In this document: positions 16,606-31,057 of the stretch, in pieces
How positions within the stretch are numbered: the first letter of the stretch is position 1
Layout: each line of letters starts with the position of its first letter
Source: Candidatus Nanosyncoccus sp.
Lineage (GTDB): Bacteria > Patescibacteriota > Saccharimonadia > Saccharimonadales > Saccharimonadaceae
Reading direction: 5' to 3'
Assembly: GCA_045641545.1 (NCBI GenBank)
Contig: JAZUHD010000004.1
Span: 39,674-71,673, forward strand
DNA: 32,000 bases
Program-made: the position numbers and the translations under genes
Notes under the pieces: generated by a model
Databases searched by the model: none
Seen by the model: only the letters and a program-made list of their open reading frames with translations
What the model was told of the DNA's origin: nothing

Positions 16606-17610
16606 CTACATCGACAATGCTTTTTTATAGACTTCGATTAGTTCTTTGCCGGTCTTCTTAATGTCTTTCTCAACAGCTGTTTTTCTAGCTTCATTTGTTA
16701 AATTTGGCAATTTATCATTCAAAACATCTTTCATTTTCTTTTCAAAGTCATCCACGCCTTTGGCTAAGTAGACATTTTTCCCATTCTTCATCCAGCCCTC
16801 AAAAACTGGTATATCGCGCAAAATGGTTTTTTGTTCACAGGCGGCTGCCTCAAGTGCTGGAATCCCCTCGGTTTCTTCGAAAGTCGGGAAGATATATAAG
16901 TCGGCGCCAGAAAGTGCAGCTTTTATCATTTTTGCATTGACGTGGCCAGCAAGAATCATGTTTTGAGGAATATTTTTCAAGGCCTTTTTAATTTTTCGCG
17001 GAATTAACGATGGCTGTGTATAGCCAAACCAAATGAATTTATATTCCGGCATCCGTCTCGCGAGTTCAATAAAATCCAAGATTCCTTTTCTTTCCAAAAA
17101 TAATCCAATACCAACAATGACTTTTTCATTAGAATCAAAATGATATTTTTTTCTAAAAACTTTGCCAAGCTCAGTATCTTTCTTGAAAAATCCCGTGTCA
17201 ACGCCATTGGAAATGGCGTAAATATTCTTTAACCCATACCCTTCTAGAAGTTTTTTTGAATATGGAGTTGGGGTAATAATGATGTCGCCTAACTTATAGC
17301 ATTTTGTGATCCATTTTTTAAAAAGTGGCGCAATCTGGTTGGAAAAAATAAACGAATTGCGAAAGTCTTCTTCGGTCGAATGTGCGTGATAAACAACTTT
17401 TTTGCCGTTTCTGTGGGCTTTCTTAGCCATCATATAAGAGCCTAGTCCATAAAAATTTATATGAACAATATCGAAATCGTCGTTTTTATCGAAGGTATAT
17501 TTAATACCATTCTCTTTTAGAGCCTGCTCTTGGTGACGAATTGCCTTTCCAAGTCCAGAATTCTTCAAAGTATCTTTTAACTCCGTATAAAGCAAAACTT
17601 TAAAATCCAT
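16606..17610 (-). CDS. GT4-family glycosyltransferase
   Basis: 334 aa; GLGKAIRHQEQAL, FDIVHINFYG, VYHAHSTEEDF, ISNGVDTGFF, DLYIFPTFEETEGIPALEAAAC. Confidence 0.9.
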   Translation of the reverse strand: MDFKVLLYTELKDTLKNSGLGKAIRHQEQALKENGIKYTFDKNDDFDIVHINFYGLGSYMMAKKAHRNGKKVVYHAHSTEEDFRNSFIFSNQIAPLFKKWITKCYKLGDIIITPTPYSKKLLEGYGLKNIYAISNGVDTGFFKKDTELGKVFRKKYHFDSNEKVIVGIGLFLERKGILDFIELARRMPEYKFIWFGYTQPSLIPRKIKKALKNIPQNMILAGHVNAKMIKAALSGADLYIFPTFEETEGIPALEAAACEQKTILRDIPVFEGWMKNGKNVYLAKGVDDFEKKMKDVLNDKLPNLTNEARKTAVEKDIKKTGKELIEVYKKALSM

Positions 17611-17739
17611 ATCTTTATTCTATCAAAAAATTGATTTAATACCAAAAATCATATATACTAAAAAGCATAAAAGAGAAAGACAATATTGACATATTGTTGG
17701 TTGTTTTTCTCGAAAGATATAACTGCGAGTAAAATTGAA

Positions 17740-18604
17740 ATGCAAAAGCAAATAGCGGCCAATAAACGTAACACGATATTAATAATGGCAGGGTTCGTAA
17801 TCTTTATCGGACTTCTTGGTGGCCTTCTTGCATATTTATATGACGATATTAGTGTTCTGATTTGGATTCTTATCATCTCGACAGGATATGCCGTCTTACA
17901 ATACTTCTTTGCAGATAAACTTTCCGTTGTCTTAGCTGGCGCGAAACGTATTGAGAAAAAAGACAATCCTAGACTTTTTAAAATAATCGAGAATCTCTCC
18001 GAAACGGCCAAACTCCCAATGCCAAAAGTTTACATTATTAATGATCCAGCACCAAACGCCTTTGCGACGGGTAGAGATCCTGCACATTCAGTTATTGCAG
18101 CCACCACTGGCCTAATAGAAATTATGGATGATAAAGAATTGACGGCGGTAATGGCTCATGAAATGTCTCACATTAAGAACTATGATATCCGGGTGTCACT
18201 CATTGTTTTTGGTCTCGTGAGCATTATTGGTGTATTTTCTGATTTGGGATTTCGTTTATTATTCTATGGCCATTCACGTCGCAGTGACGACCGAGATCAG
18301 AGTCCAATTGGGTTTCTCGTAATTATCATTACGGCAATTTTGGCGCCACTGGCAGCAACGCTTGCGCAAATGGCAATATCGCGAGAACGAGAATATCTTG
18401 CCGATGCATCTTCTGCACGCCTTACGCGTCACCCCGAAGATATGATTTCTGCGCTCAAAAAACTCGATACGCATGGTCGCCCAATGCAATCTCAAAACCC
18501 AGCTTCTGAAGCTATGTATATTAATAATCCTCTCAAAAAAGGATTATTCTCTACGCTGTTTAGTACCCATCCGTCAATCGAAAAAAGAATAGCGAGGTTA
18601 GAAA

Positions 18605-18624
<20 letters not shown>
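17740..18624 (+). CDS. htpX: HtpX-family membrane zinc metalloprotease (start revised downstream of the track's 17686 TTG)
   Basis: MQKQIAANKRNTILIMAGFVIFIGLLGG...AVMAHEMSHIKNYDIRVSLI...EYLADASSARLTRHPEDMISAL. Confidence 0.92.
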
Positions 18625-21689
<3,065 letters not shown>

Positions 21690-21692
21690 AAC

Positions 21693-21721
21693 TTGACAAA
21701 TAAAAATGCTTGTGCTATAAT
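21693..21721 (+). promoter_or_regulatory. Consensus promoter upstream of the surface protein gene
   Basis: TTGACA-17 nt-TATAAT, extended TGC. Confidence 0.85.
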
Positions 21722-21790
21722 AAAAAGATAATCGTTTGAAAGACAACGAAATTACTTGCAATATATTCATAAGCATAATAAAATAGAAAT

Positions 21791-23932
21791 ATGAAAAAGA
21801 GAGGTCAATTTATTTCCATTTTTATACTAGTGTTTATATGTTCTGGAGTTTTTGTTTTTGGAGCAATGGCGAGAGAAACAACGATCGTTGAATTAACCCA
21901 CAAAAGCACGCCCAACTCGATCCCGAACGGATATTTCGATGAAGAAGGCTTTACTGGCGGCAATGCCAACAATTTCGACATATACGCTCTAATTAAAGAA
22001 AAAGAAGGTGAGGAGGAGAGCAAAGGAGATGTATCGACTACCTTTGCTCAGTATGGATATTATTCTTTTCTAAAAGTCGACGAAGATGAAAAGTATGTCA
22101 GTTTCGACCCAATGAATGAAGATATTGATATTACAGAGCAAAATACGTTGAATGATGTCGGTATAGATATTACCGCCAAAGATGACGAAGCGTCACAAAC
22201 GAAAGTGGTTGTAACTTATAGAGCTAAAAATAATTCAGATGAGCCAAAAAATATCTCAATATCTTCAGCCACGGACGTTGAGGTAGGTGATAATGACGCT
22301 GCAGCTATTTTGCGTAAAATTGACAAACAAGGCTTTAAAGTCACTCAAGATAACGAATCGAGATTTGGCTTTGGTGCAAGTTTTGAAATTTTATTGCAAC
22401 CAACCGCTGCGACAACTTGGATCGGTTTTTACGGCGAAAGCGTCAGGGAACGACATTCCGATAGTGTAATTGACGAAATAACGCTTGTAGATCATATTGA
22501 TTCTGGATTATCATATTCGTGGGATTATTTGCTAGAACCTGGCGAAACTAAGGAGTTTACCGCTACTTTCATAGTGCGGATTGAAGAATCAGTGGAAATC
22601 GATTTTTACCATCTACTCGAAAATGAAAGCGGTTATGAATCTGAGCCAGAAAAGAAATATGCGCTTACTGGTGGTGCCTTATTAACGCCCATAACGAGAT
22701 TATCCGAAGATCCAGGTTATAATTACAAATGGAGCGAGAAAGAAGATGGTTCCGGAAGGACTATTACTGGAGATACGTATATTGTATATGAAGGCAATAC
22801 TGATAAATACTATGAAAATAAATATCAAAACGGCGTCGTAGTGAAAAAAGAAAACGGCAATAATGATCCTCTTAAAACCGAGATCGTCTCAATAAATAAA
22901 GAAGAATTACAAAAAATAGCTGAGAAGGCATATAGCGATGTTCAGATTAATACAAAATGGAATAGCATGGGCGGTGAACCTGATTATATGTCATCCGTCG
23001 AAGAGGCATTAAGAGAAAAAGAATTAATCTCCGATACCGAAAAGCCTCAATCGTCTCAAATGCTTAATGTAACATGGTCTGCATATGTTAAATGCGAAGA
23101 AGAAAGCGAATATCCTTGTGACTATCCTTATGGTGATTATGGCGAAGCTACGGGATATTATGATGAGGATTTAATTATCTCATATGAAGTTCCAGAGGAA
23201 ATGAGAGAAGAATATTATTCGTTTAGAATTATTAAAGTTGACTACGAATATCCAGAAGAAGATGAGGTTATTCCTATCTATAAAAGTATTGAATCGACTT
23301 ACGATCCAATCACTGGTAGAATATTATTTACCGCAAAAAATGACGGGGTATATGTTTTGATTGGAGATAATGGGGCGTTCACACCGATTATTGAAGCCGA
23401 AGACATTATTGAGGCCATTGTTGGGCAAACGGCAGACGCAGAGGTTGCACTTAAAGACTTAAACGGATATCCGCTAACTAACGTAAAGCTTCAATATGAA
23501 ATCGATGGGAAAATATTAGAAACCACCACAAATGAGGAAGGTAAAGCCGTCATCGAGATTGAATCTGATAAGGAAGGAGAAATAGTTGTAAAAATAACAA
23601 CGGAAGAATCGAAATTCCTGATATCGACAGAAAAAGAAATTACCTTCGTGTTTAAAAAACCAGAGCAAAAGCCAGCCTGTGAAACCAACCCGGAGATGGA
23701 AGGCTGCAAAGAGCCAGAACCAACTTGTGAAACAAATCCGGAGATGGAAGGCTGCAAAGAAGAAAATGAGTCACTTCCTGATGTGCCTGAAACCGGCCAA
23801 AACAGTGAATCGGATGACTCAATCAAACAAGCTGTCTTGATCACCGTTATTATTTCTTCAATATCCGCACTGTTTATTATGATAAAAAGAACAATAAACG
23901 ACAAGAAATCTCCATACAAAACAGTAAAATAA
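21791..23932 (+). CDS. Large secreted, LPXTG-like wall/surface-anchored protein
   Basis: 713 aa; N-terminal hydrophobic signal; Ig/Big-like module (LKDLNGYPLTNVKLQYEIDGKILETTTNEEGKAVIEI); tail VPETGQNS... + TM + KRTINDKKSPYKTVK. Confidence 0.8.
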   Translation: MKKRGQFISIFILVFICSGVFVFGAMARETTIVELTHKSTPNSIPNGYFDEEGFTGGNANNFDIYALIKEKEGEEESKGDVSTTFAQYGYYSFLKVDEDEKYVSFDPMNEDIDITEQNTLNDVGIDITAKDDEASQTKVVVTYRAKNNSDEPKNISISSATDVEVGDNDAAAILRKIDKQGFKVTQDNESRFGFGASFEILLQPTAATTWIGFYGESVRERHSDSVIDEITLVDHIDSGLSYSWDYLLEPGETKEFTATFIVRIEESVEIDFYHLLENESGYESEPEKKYALTGGALLTPITRLSEDPGYNYKWSEKEDGSGRTITGDTYIVYEGNTDKYYENKYQNGVVVKKENGNNDPLKTEIVSINKEELQKIAEKAYSDVQINTKWNSMGGEPDYMSSVEEALREKELISDTEKPQSSQMLNVTWSAYVKCEEESEYPCDYPYGDYGEATGYYDEDLIISYEVPEEMREEYYSFRIIKVDYEYPEEDEVIPIYKSIESTYDPITGRILFTAKNDGVYVLIGDNGAFTPIIEAEDIIEAIVGQTADAEVALKDLNGYPLTNVKLQYEIDGKILETTTNEEGKAVIEIESDKEGEIVVKITTEESKFLISTEKEITFVFKKPEQKPACETNPEMEGCKEPEPTCETNPEMEGCKEENESLPDVPETGQNSESDDSIKQAVLITVIISSISALFIMIKRTINDKKSPYKTVK
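23667..23763 (+). repeat. In-gene Cys-containing repeat (CETNPEMEGCKEP/E x2)
   Basis: ACCAACCCGGAGATGGAAGGCTGCAAAGA and ACAAATCCGGAGATGGAAGGCTGCAAAGA. Confidence 0.85.
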
Positions 23933-23936
23933 AATA

Positions 23937-23966
23937 GAAAGACGCTCTCTAGGGGGCGTCTTTTTT
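23937..23966 (+). terminator. Intrinsic terminator after the surface protein gene
   Basis: AAAGACGCTCTC-TAG-GGGGCGTCTTTTTTT. Confidence 0.85.
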
Positions 23967-24052
23967 TGGCATTAAGTGTTATAGTTTCTGAATAAAAAAT
24001 CAAAGACAAATTAGAGTGAAAAAAATACCTATCTCGTGTTCGGCGCTCATCA

Positions 24053-24079
24053 AAAAACTAGCTCCAAAGAGCTAGTTTT
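24053..24079 (-). terminator. Intrinsic terminator of eno
   Basis: Reverse strand AAAACTAGCTC-TTTG-GAGCTAGTTTTTT. Confidence 0.9.
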
Positions 24080-24085
24080 GTGAAT

Positions 24086-26338
<2,253 letters not shown>

Positions 26339-26361
26339 AAAAAATATTATATAATATAAAA

Positions 26362-27630
26362 ATGAATCCAAATCTTCAGCAAAAATTGAAAAATCTCCCT
26401 TCTGCTCCAGGAGTATATTTTCATAAAAACAAAGCTGGTGAAGTAATTTACGTTGGTAAAGCGGCGGTTCTTAAAAATAGAGTTCGCAGTTATTTTCGTA
26501 ACGATAAGGATCGCGATCCAAAAACTACAGCCTTGGTCGCAGAAATCTTTGACACCGACTGGATTGTTGTTGACACAGAAATGGACGCGTTGTTTCTTGA
26601 ATCCGAAATGATAAAACGCTACATGCCGAAATGGAATATTCTATTGCGCGATGATAAAACCGTCTCCTATGTAAAAATTACAATGCAAGAAAAGGTCCCA
26701 TATATTTCTTTTACAAGAACACCAATAGATGACGGTGCAACTTATATTGGTCCATTTTACGGAAAGTCAGCTCTTGAAAAATCTCTCCGAACGCTCAGAA
26801 AAATTTTTCCGTATTATATTAAACCATATGATGGCAAGCATACTCTTGATTCTGATCTTGGGCTAGCGCCAGGTATTGAAATGGAAAAAACTACGCCAAG
26901 AAAATACAAAAACAACTTGAAACGACTTATTCAATTACTCGAAGGTGACAAAGAGAATCTCCTAAAAAATTTAGAAAAAGAAATGTACGACGAGTCGAAA
27001 AAAGGCAATTTCGAGTCGGCGGCGGAGCTTAGAAATCAAATTTTTGGCCTAAAAGAGCTGAAAAAGAAAATTATTTTTAGCGATAAAGAATTTCTCGACA
27101 TTTCCTCCGACCATGCCTTATCGGAGCTGCAGAAAATCCTAGGATTAGAAAAGCCGCCACGACGAATCGAAGGGTATGATATTTCTCATCAATCTGGAAC
27201 AAACGTTGTTGCGTCTATGGTTGTTTTTACAAACGGCGTTGCCGACCGTTCTGAATATCGTAAATTCAAAATTCATAACGAAAAAAATAATGATACGGCT
27301 AATATGCGCGAAGTAATTTCGCGACGACTAAAACATACGGAATGGGAATATCCAGACTTAGTAATTATTGATGGTGGTACTGCTCAGATATCTGCCGTTT
27401 CTGACCTACTCGATGAGGCAAAAATTCCATACCTCGGCAAGGAAAAATCAGGTGACCACACAAAAACCCTACGTACCCATAGAGTAATTTTTAAGAAAAA
27501 TGAGCAATTCGGATCTATTCTTGCGACCAATGAAGATTTTGCAATGCTAATTACGCGCATTGATGATGAGGCTCATAGATTCGCGATTACCTATCATAAT
27601 TATCTCAAGAGGAAGAATATGCTATCCTAA
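26362..27630 (+). CDS. uvrC: Short UvrC-like excinuclease (GIY-YIG + UVR + RNase H-like nuclease, no HhH)
   Basis: 422 aa; LPSAPGVYFHKNKAGEVIYVGKAAVLKNRVRSYF, KKGNFESAAELRNQI, RIEGYDISHQSGTNVVASMVVF, DLVIIDGGTAQISA, DEAHRFAITYHNYLKRK. Confidence 0.92.
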   Translation: MNPNLQQKLKNLPSAPGVYFHKNKAGEVIYVGKAAVLKNRVRSYFRNDKDRDPKTTALVAEIFDTDWIVVDTEMDALFLESEMIKRYMPKWNILLRDDKTVSYVKITMQEKVPYISFTRTPIDDGATYIGPFYGKSALEKSLRTLRKIFPYYIKPYDGKHTLDSDLGLAPGIEMEKTTPRKYKNNLKRLIQLLEGDKENLLKNLEKEMYDESKKGNFESAAELRNQIFGLKELKKKIIFSDKEFLDISSDHALSELQKILGLEKPPRRIEGYDISHQSGTNVVASMVVFTNGVADRSEYRKFKIHNEKNNDTANMREVISRRLKHTEWEYPDLVIIDGGTAQISAVSDLLDEAKIPYLGKEKSGDHTKTLRTHRVIFKKNEQFGSILATNEDFAMLITRIDDEAHRFAITYHNYLKRKNMLS

Positions 27631-27667
27631 TCTTGCGATTTTTCTTTTCTCGTCATATAATAATCCC

Positions 27668-27889
27668 ATGGAATTAGAAAATGTTTTACAAATCACAACC
27701 TTAGTATCTGCTATCCTGGTAATTCTTTTAGTTTTACTTCAACAACGTGGTGCATCTCTCGGTTCAGGGTCAGGAGCTTCCAGCGAACTTTATACAACCC
27801 GACGCGGATTAGAGAAATCTATGTTTAATACAACAATTATTTTTTCGATGGTGCTCGTTTTCTCGATTATGGGGTTATTAATTTTCTAA
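27668..27889 (+). CDS. secG: Protein translocase subunit SecG
   Basis: MELENVLQITTLVSAILVILLVLLQQRGASLGSGSGASSELYTTRRGLEKSMFNTTIIFS; start revised from 27560. Confidence 0.9.
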   Translation: MELENVLQITTLVSAILVILLVLLQQRGASLGSGSGASSELYTTRRGLEKSMFNTTIIFSMVLVFSIMGLLIF

Positions 27890-27892
27890 AAT

Positions 27893-29629
27893 ATGACAAA
27901 TAAACTAAAAAAGAGTGGGCAAAAATTAGCGAAGAAATTCACGAAATTTTCTGACAGAGCTAAAACAAACAGCAAAGCGCATGTTCGCGAAAATTTTCTT
28001 GAGCGCCTATCTCATATTCGCGATGTCCGACTCTTGATTATAGAATGGAGTTTACTTGTTTTAGTCGTGGTTATTCTGGCTGGAGTTCAAGCATCGTGGT
28101 ATTCAGACTCATATTCCATCTCCTCGTTTAAAGAAGGCGGAACCTATATAGAAGGGACGCTAGGTAAGGTTAATTCTCTAAATCCGCTTTTTGCTTCGAC
28201 GAATTCAGAAAAAACAATTTCGAAGTTGCTCTTTGCGCCACTTATGGAGAATGATTATTCCGGACATGTCGGCGTAGGACTTGCTGAAACGGCCCGCTAC
28301 GACGAGACCGCAAAAAATTGGATAATCAAACTTCGCGATGATCTCAAATGGTCTGACGGAGAACCGATTACGAACGAAGATGTAATATTTACAACCGATC
28401 TTATTCAGAATCCGGAAGTAATTTCGAATTATTCGACAGCCTTATTGAATGTAAAAGTTTCTGAAACCGAGTCAGGAGAGCTATCATTTAACCTCCCTGC
28501 CGCTTATGTCGATTTTGATGCAGCACTTGAATTCCCGATTTTGCCAAAACATTCTCTAGAAAACTCCGACCCAAAGCTACTTCTAGAATCTGATTTCTCC
28601 AAAAACCCAATTTCATCTGGAGCTTTCAAATTTAATGCAACGCAGCCGATCGGAACGAACGGCGAGGTCATTATATATCTTTCTGCAAACGAAAATTACT
28701 ATAAAGGATTGCCTAAGCTAAATAACTTTGCTATACATGCATTCCTTGATAATAATGCAATTATTTCGGCGCTAAACGCGGAAACAATTACGGCAACAGC
28801 TGAACTTTCCGGAAAAGATTATGATAAGATAACTTCGAAAAATATTCTCGAGTTAAAAGCCTCAGTTAATTCTGGTGTTTATGCGTTTCTGAATACCAAA
28901 TCAGATATTCTATCAAACGTATCGGTCCGCCAAGCCATTCAAAAAGGGATTAACCTAGGGGAATTGCGTGAAGCGGCACAGTCAACAATGAGCCTTGATT
29001 ATCCAATTCTGTATTCCCAGGCAGACTTAGCGAATTGGCAAGCTATTCCAGAACAAAACGAAGGATTTGCGAAAGTCGCGTTAAAAGAAGCGGGGGTTGA
29101 TGAAACAAAAACACTCACGATCGTCACAATTAATGAAGCGAATTTGCCAGATGTCGCAGAAAAACTTGCGGAACAGTTGCGTAATCTCGGCTTTACTGTA
29201 AATCTAACGGCATATGACTATTCTCAGGAATTCATTTCAAACGTCATCAATACCCGTAGCTACGATATATTTCTATACGAAGTCGAACTTGGAGCGACTC
29301 CAGAATTATTCTCTTATTATCACTCATCCCAAACAGGATCTTCTGGTTTAAACTTTTCCAACTATAGTAATACGATTATAAACGACATTATTCTTGCGGT
29401 CCGTGAAACAACTGATGAGAGTTTACGTAATGCAAAGTACGAATCATTTATCAAGACTTGGGTCAACGATGTTCCAGCTATTGCAATTTATCAACCAACA
29501 ATGTCGTATTATTACAATAAAAATGCCCGCGCGTTCTCAGAAAACATTAATTTAATCACACCGCTTGACCGTTTTGTTCAAGTTGAAACGTGGGCAACCG
29601 AAAAAACGACCTTGAACCGCACGCCATAG
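27893..29629 (+). CDS. Peptide-type ABC transporter substrate-binding protein (SBP_bac_5), membrane-anchored
   Basis: 578 aa; TM anchor LLIIEWSLLVLVVVILAGVQ; GTLGKVNSLNPLFASTNSEKTISKLLFAPLMENDYSGHVGVGLAE...WSDGEPITNEDVIFT. Confidence 0.87.
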   Translation: MTNKLKKSGQKLAKKFTKFSDRAKTNSKAHVRENFLERLSHIRDVRLLIIEWSLLVLVVVILAGVQASWYSDSYSISSFKEGGTYIEGTLGKVNSLNPLFASTNSEKTISKLLFAPLMENDYSGHVGVGLAETARYDETAKNWIIKLRDDLKWSDGEPITNEDVIFTTDLIQNPEVISNYSTALLNVKVSETESGELSFNLPAAYVDFDAALEFPILPKHSLENSDPKLLLESDFSKNPISSGAFKFNATQPIGTNGEVIIYLSANENYYKGLPKLNNFAIHAFLDNNAIISALNAETITATAELSGKDYDKITSKNILELKASVNSGVYAFLNTKSDILSNVSVRQAIQKGINLGELREAAQSTMSLDYPILYSQADLANWQAIPEQNEGFAKVALKEAGVDETKTLTIVTINEANLPDVAEKLAEQLRNLGFTVNLTAYDYSQEFISNVINTRSYDIFLYEVELGATPELFSYYHSSQTGSSGLNFSNYSNTIINDIILAVRETTDESLRNAKYESFIKTWVNDVPAIAIYQPTMSYYYNKNARAFSENINLITPLDRFVQVETWATEKTTLNRTP

Positions 29630-29638
29630 TGTGATATA
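29610..29638 (+). promoter_or_regulatory. tRNA-Leu promoter inside the 3' end of the SBP gene
   Basis: TTGAAC-17 nt-TATAAT. Confidence 0.65.
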
Positions 29639-29655
29639 ATAAAAATACATCAGTT

Positions 29656-29745
29656 GCGCCTGTGGTGGAATTGGTAGACACGCTACCTTGAGGTGGTAGT
29701 GGCCATTTTAGAGCTGTGCTAGTTCGAGTCTAGTCAGGCGCACCA
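29656..29745 (+). tRNA. tRNA-Leu (anticodon GAG), CCA encoded
   Basis: Acceptor GCGCCTG/CAGGCGC, anticodon arm CTACC-TTGAGGT-GGTAG, long class II variable arm, T loop TTCGAGT, ACCA. Confidence 0.95.
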
Positions 29746-29749
29746 TAAT

Positions 29750-29784
29750 GGAGAAACAGTCCCTAAAGGGCTGTTTTTTCTCCG
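29750..29784 (+). terminator. Intrinsic terminator after tRNA-Leu
   Basis: GGAGAAACAGTCCC-TAAA-GGGCTGTTTTTTCTCC. Confidence 0.85.
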
Positions 29785-29939
29785 TCAATAATTAATTCGA
29801 GCTGCACTAGATCGATGTTCTTACTCTGAGAGCTTTATTCTGGTCAAACTTGAAATAATAGGTAGTAAAAAACAATAAAAATCAAGACTTAATCTTATAG
29901 AAAATTACTATATAATAAATAAAAATCGTGGAGGATTGA

Positions 29940-30851
29940 ATGATTTTTGTCGCACGCAACAAGAAAATTCTTAGCATATTGCTTATTCTTATTCATATAT
30001 TCCTATCAAGTTCAAACGTTTTTGCGGACTCAAAATCTTTAAGTGTTTCGCCAACAATCAATTATTTTAATCGCTCTGAAAATACAGTAGAGAAATTTGA
30101 ACTTAAGATTGAAAATGCTAGCGACGAGAGCCTTAGACTAAAAGTTTATACTGCGCCATATTCCGTACTGAACGAAAATTTTGAAACAAGCTTTGAAGAA
30201 AAAGATCGCACGCAATACAACGAAATAACGAATTGGGTCTCTTTCAAGAATGACGAAGGAGACTATGAAAAATCTTTTGAATTTGACATGGAGAAAGAAT
30301 CCACAAAGTATATAAAATATAAAATTAATTTTGAGGAATCAGATAAAAAAGAGCAATATTGTGTTATTTTTGTTGAAATAATTCCAAAAGACACAAAAGC
30401 ACAGCAGTCAACGTTTCGCCTTGCAACGTTTGTAGTGGCGCACGATGCGGAAAAAGAAGAAAAAATTAACACAGAAGCTTTTAATGAAAATGGATTTAAG
30501 GTAAAAAACCAAGGAGAAAACTCCTCAAAAATATCCTATAATTTTGAGATTAATTCAATATTTGGAAAAAAAGTTTACGAAGATACCGATGAAAAAGTCA
30601 TCTTCCCAGAATCGTCGCGACAATTTGAATTTACATGGGAAGAAATGCCTGATTTTGGTTTCTTTATTCAAAAGCTAAGTTTTGAATCGGTGAAGGGATT
30701 AGAAACGAAAGAAAAATTAATAATTAAAATTCCGCTAACTATAAAAATTATTATGGTTTTATTGTTGACATTAATAATTTTTATGCTTATAATTAAAATT
30801 AAGAACAGAAAAGGGTGTGGAAACTCTTCCGTTCAAAATAAAAATAATTAG
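29940..30851 (+). CDS. Secreted Ig-like (DUF916/WxL-associated-like) protein with C-terminal TM
   Basis: 303 aa; signal peptide ILSILLILIHIFLSSSNVFA; SVSPTINYFNRSENTVEKFELKIENASDESLRLKVY; C-terminal TM and KIKNRKG; SD GGAGG. Confidence 0.7.
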   Translation: MIFVARNKKILSILLILIHIFLSSSNVFADSKSLSVSPTINYFNRSENTVEKFELKIENASDESLRLKVYTAPYSVLNENFETSFEEKDRTQYNEITNWVSFKNDEGDYEKSFEFDMEKESTKYIKYKINFEESDKKEQYCVIFVEIIPKDTKAQQSTFRLATFVVAHDAEKEEKINTEAFNENGFKVKNQGENSSKISYNFEINSIFGKKVYEDTDEKVIFPESSRQFEFTWEEMPDFGFFIQKLSFESVKGLETKEKLIIKIPLTIKIIMVLLLTLIIFMLIIKIKNRKGCGNSSVQNKNN

Positions 30852-30859
30852 GTGCAAAA

Positions 30860-31000
30860 ATGAAAGAGAGCAGGAAAAAAGTTCTAGGGATATTTGGGCT
30901 AATTCTTGTCATCATCATGACAGTTTTTGCCTATACGCTCCCAGATCCGGAAGAAAATGTTCTTTCGGAAATCGGTGAACCTGTCGCCTTGGGGAAATAA
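30860..31000 (+). CDS. 46-aa single-TM protein
   Basis: MKESRKKVLGIFGLILVIIMTVFAYTLPDPEENVLSEIGEPVALGK*; 8 nt after the upstream stop; below the ORF-track cutoff. Confidence 0.5.
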   Translation: MKESRKKVLGIFGLILVIIMTVFAYTLPDPEENVLSEIGEPVALGK

Positions 31001-31057
31001 CAGGATAAAGACGGGCGCTCAAAACTGCGAGGGCGCCTGTCAAAAAGAAAGGAAAAT

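Noticed and set aside
17686-17739. htpX starting at TTG 17686
   Set aside because: MQKQIAANKRNTI at 17740 matches the usual HtpX N-terminus; the extra 18 residues are atypical.
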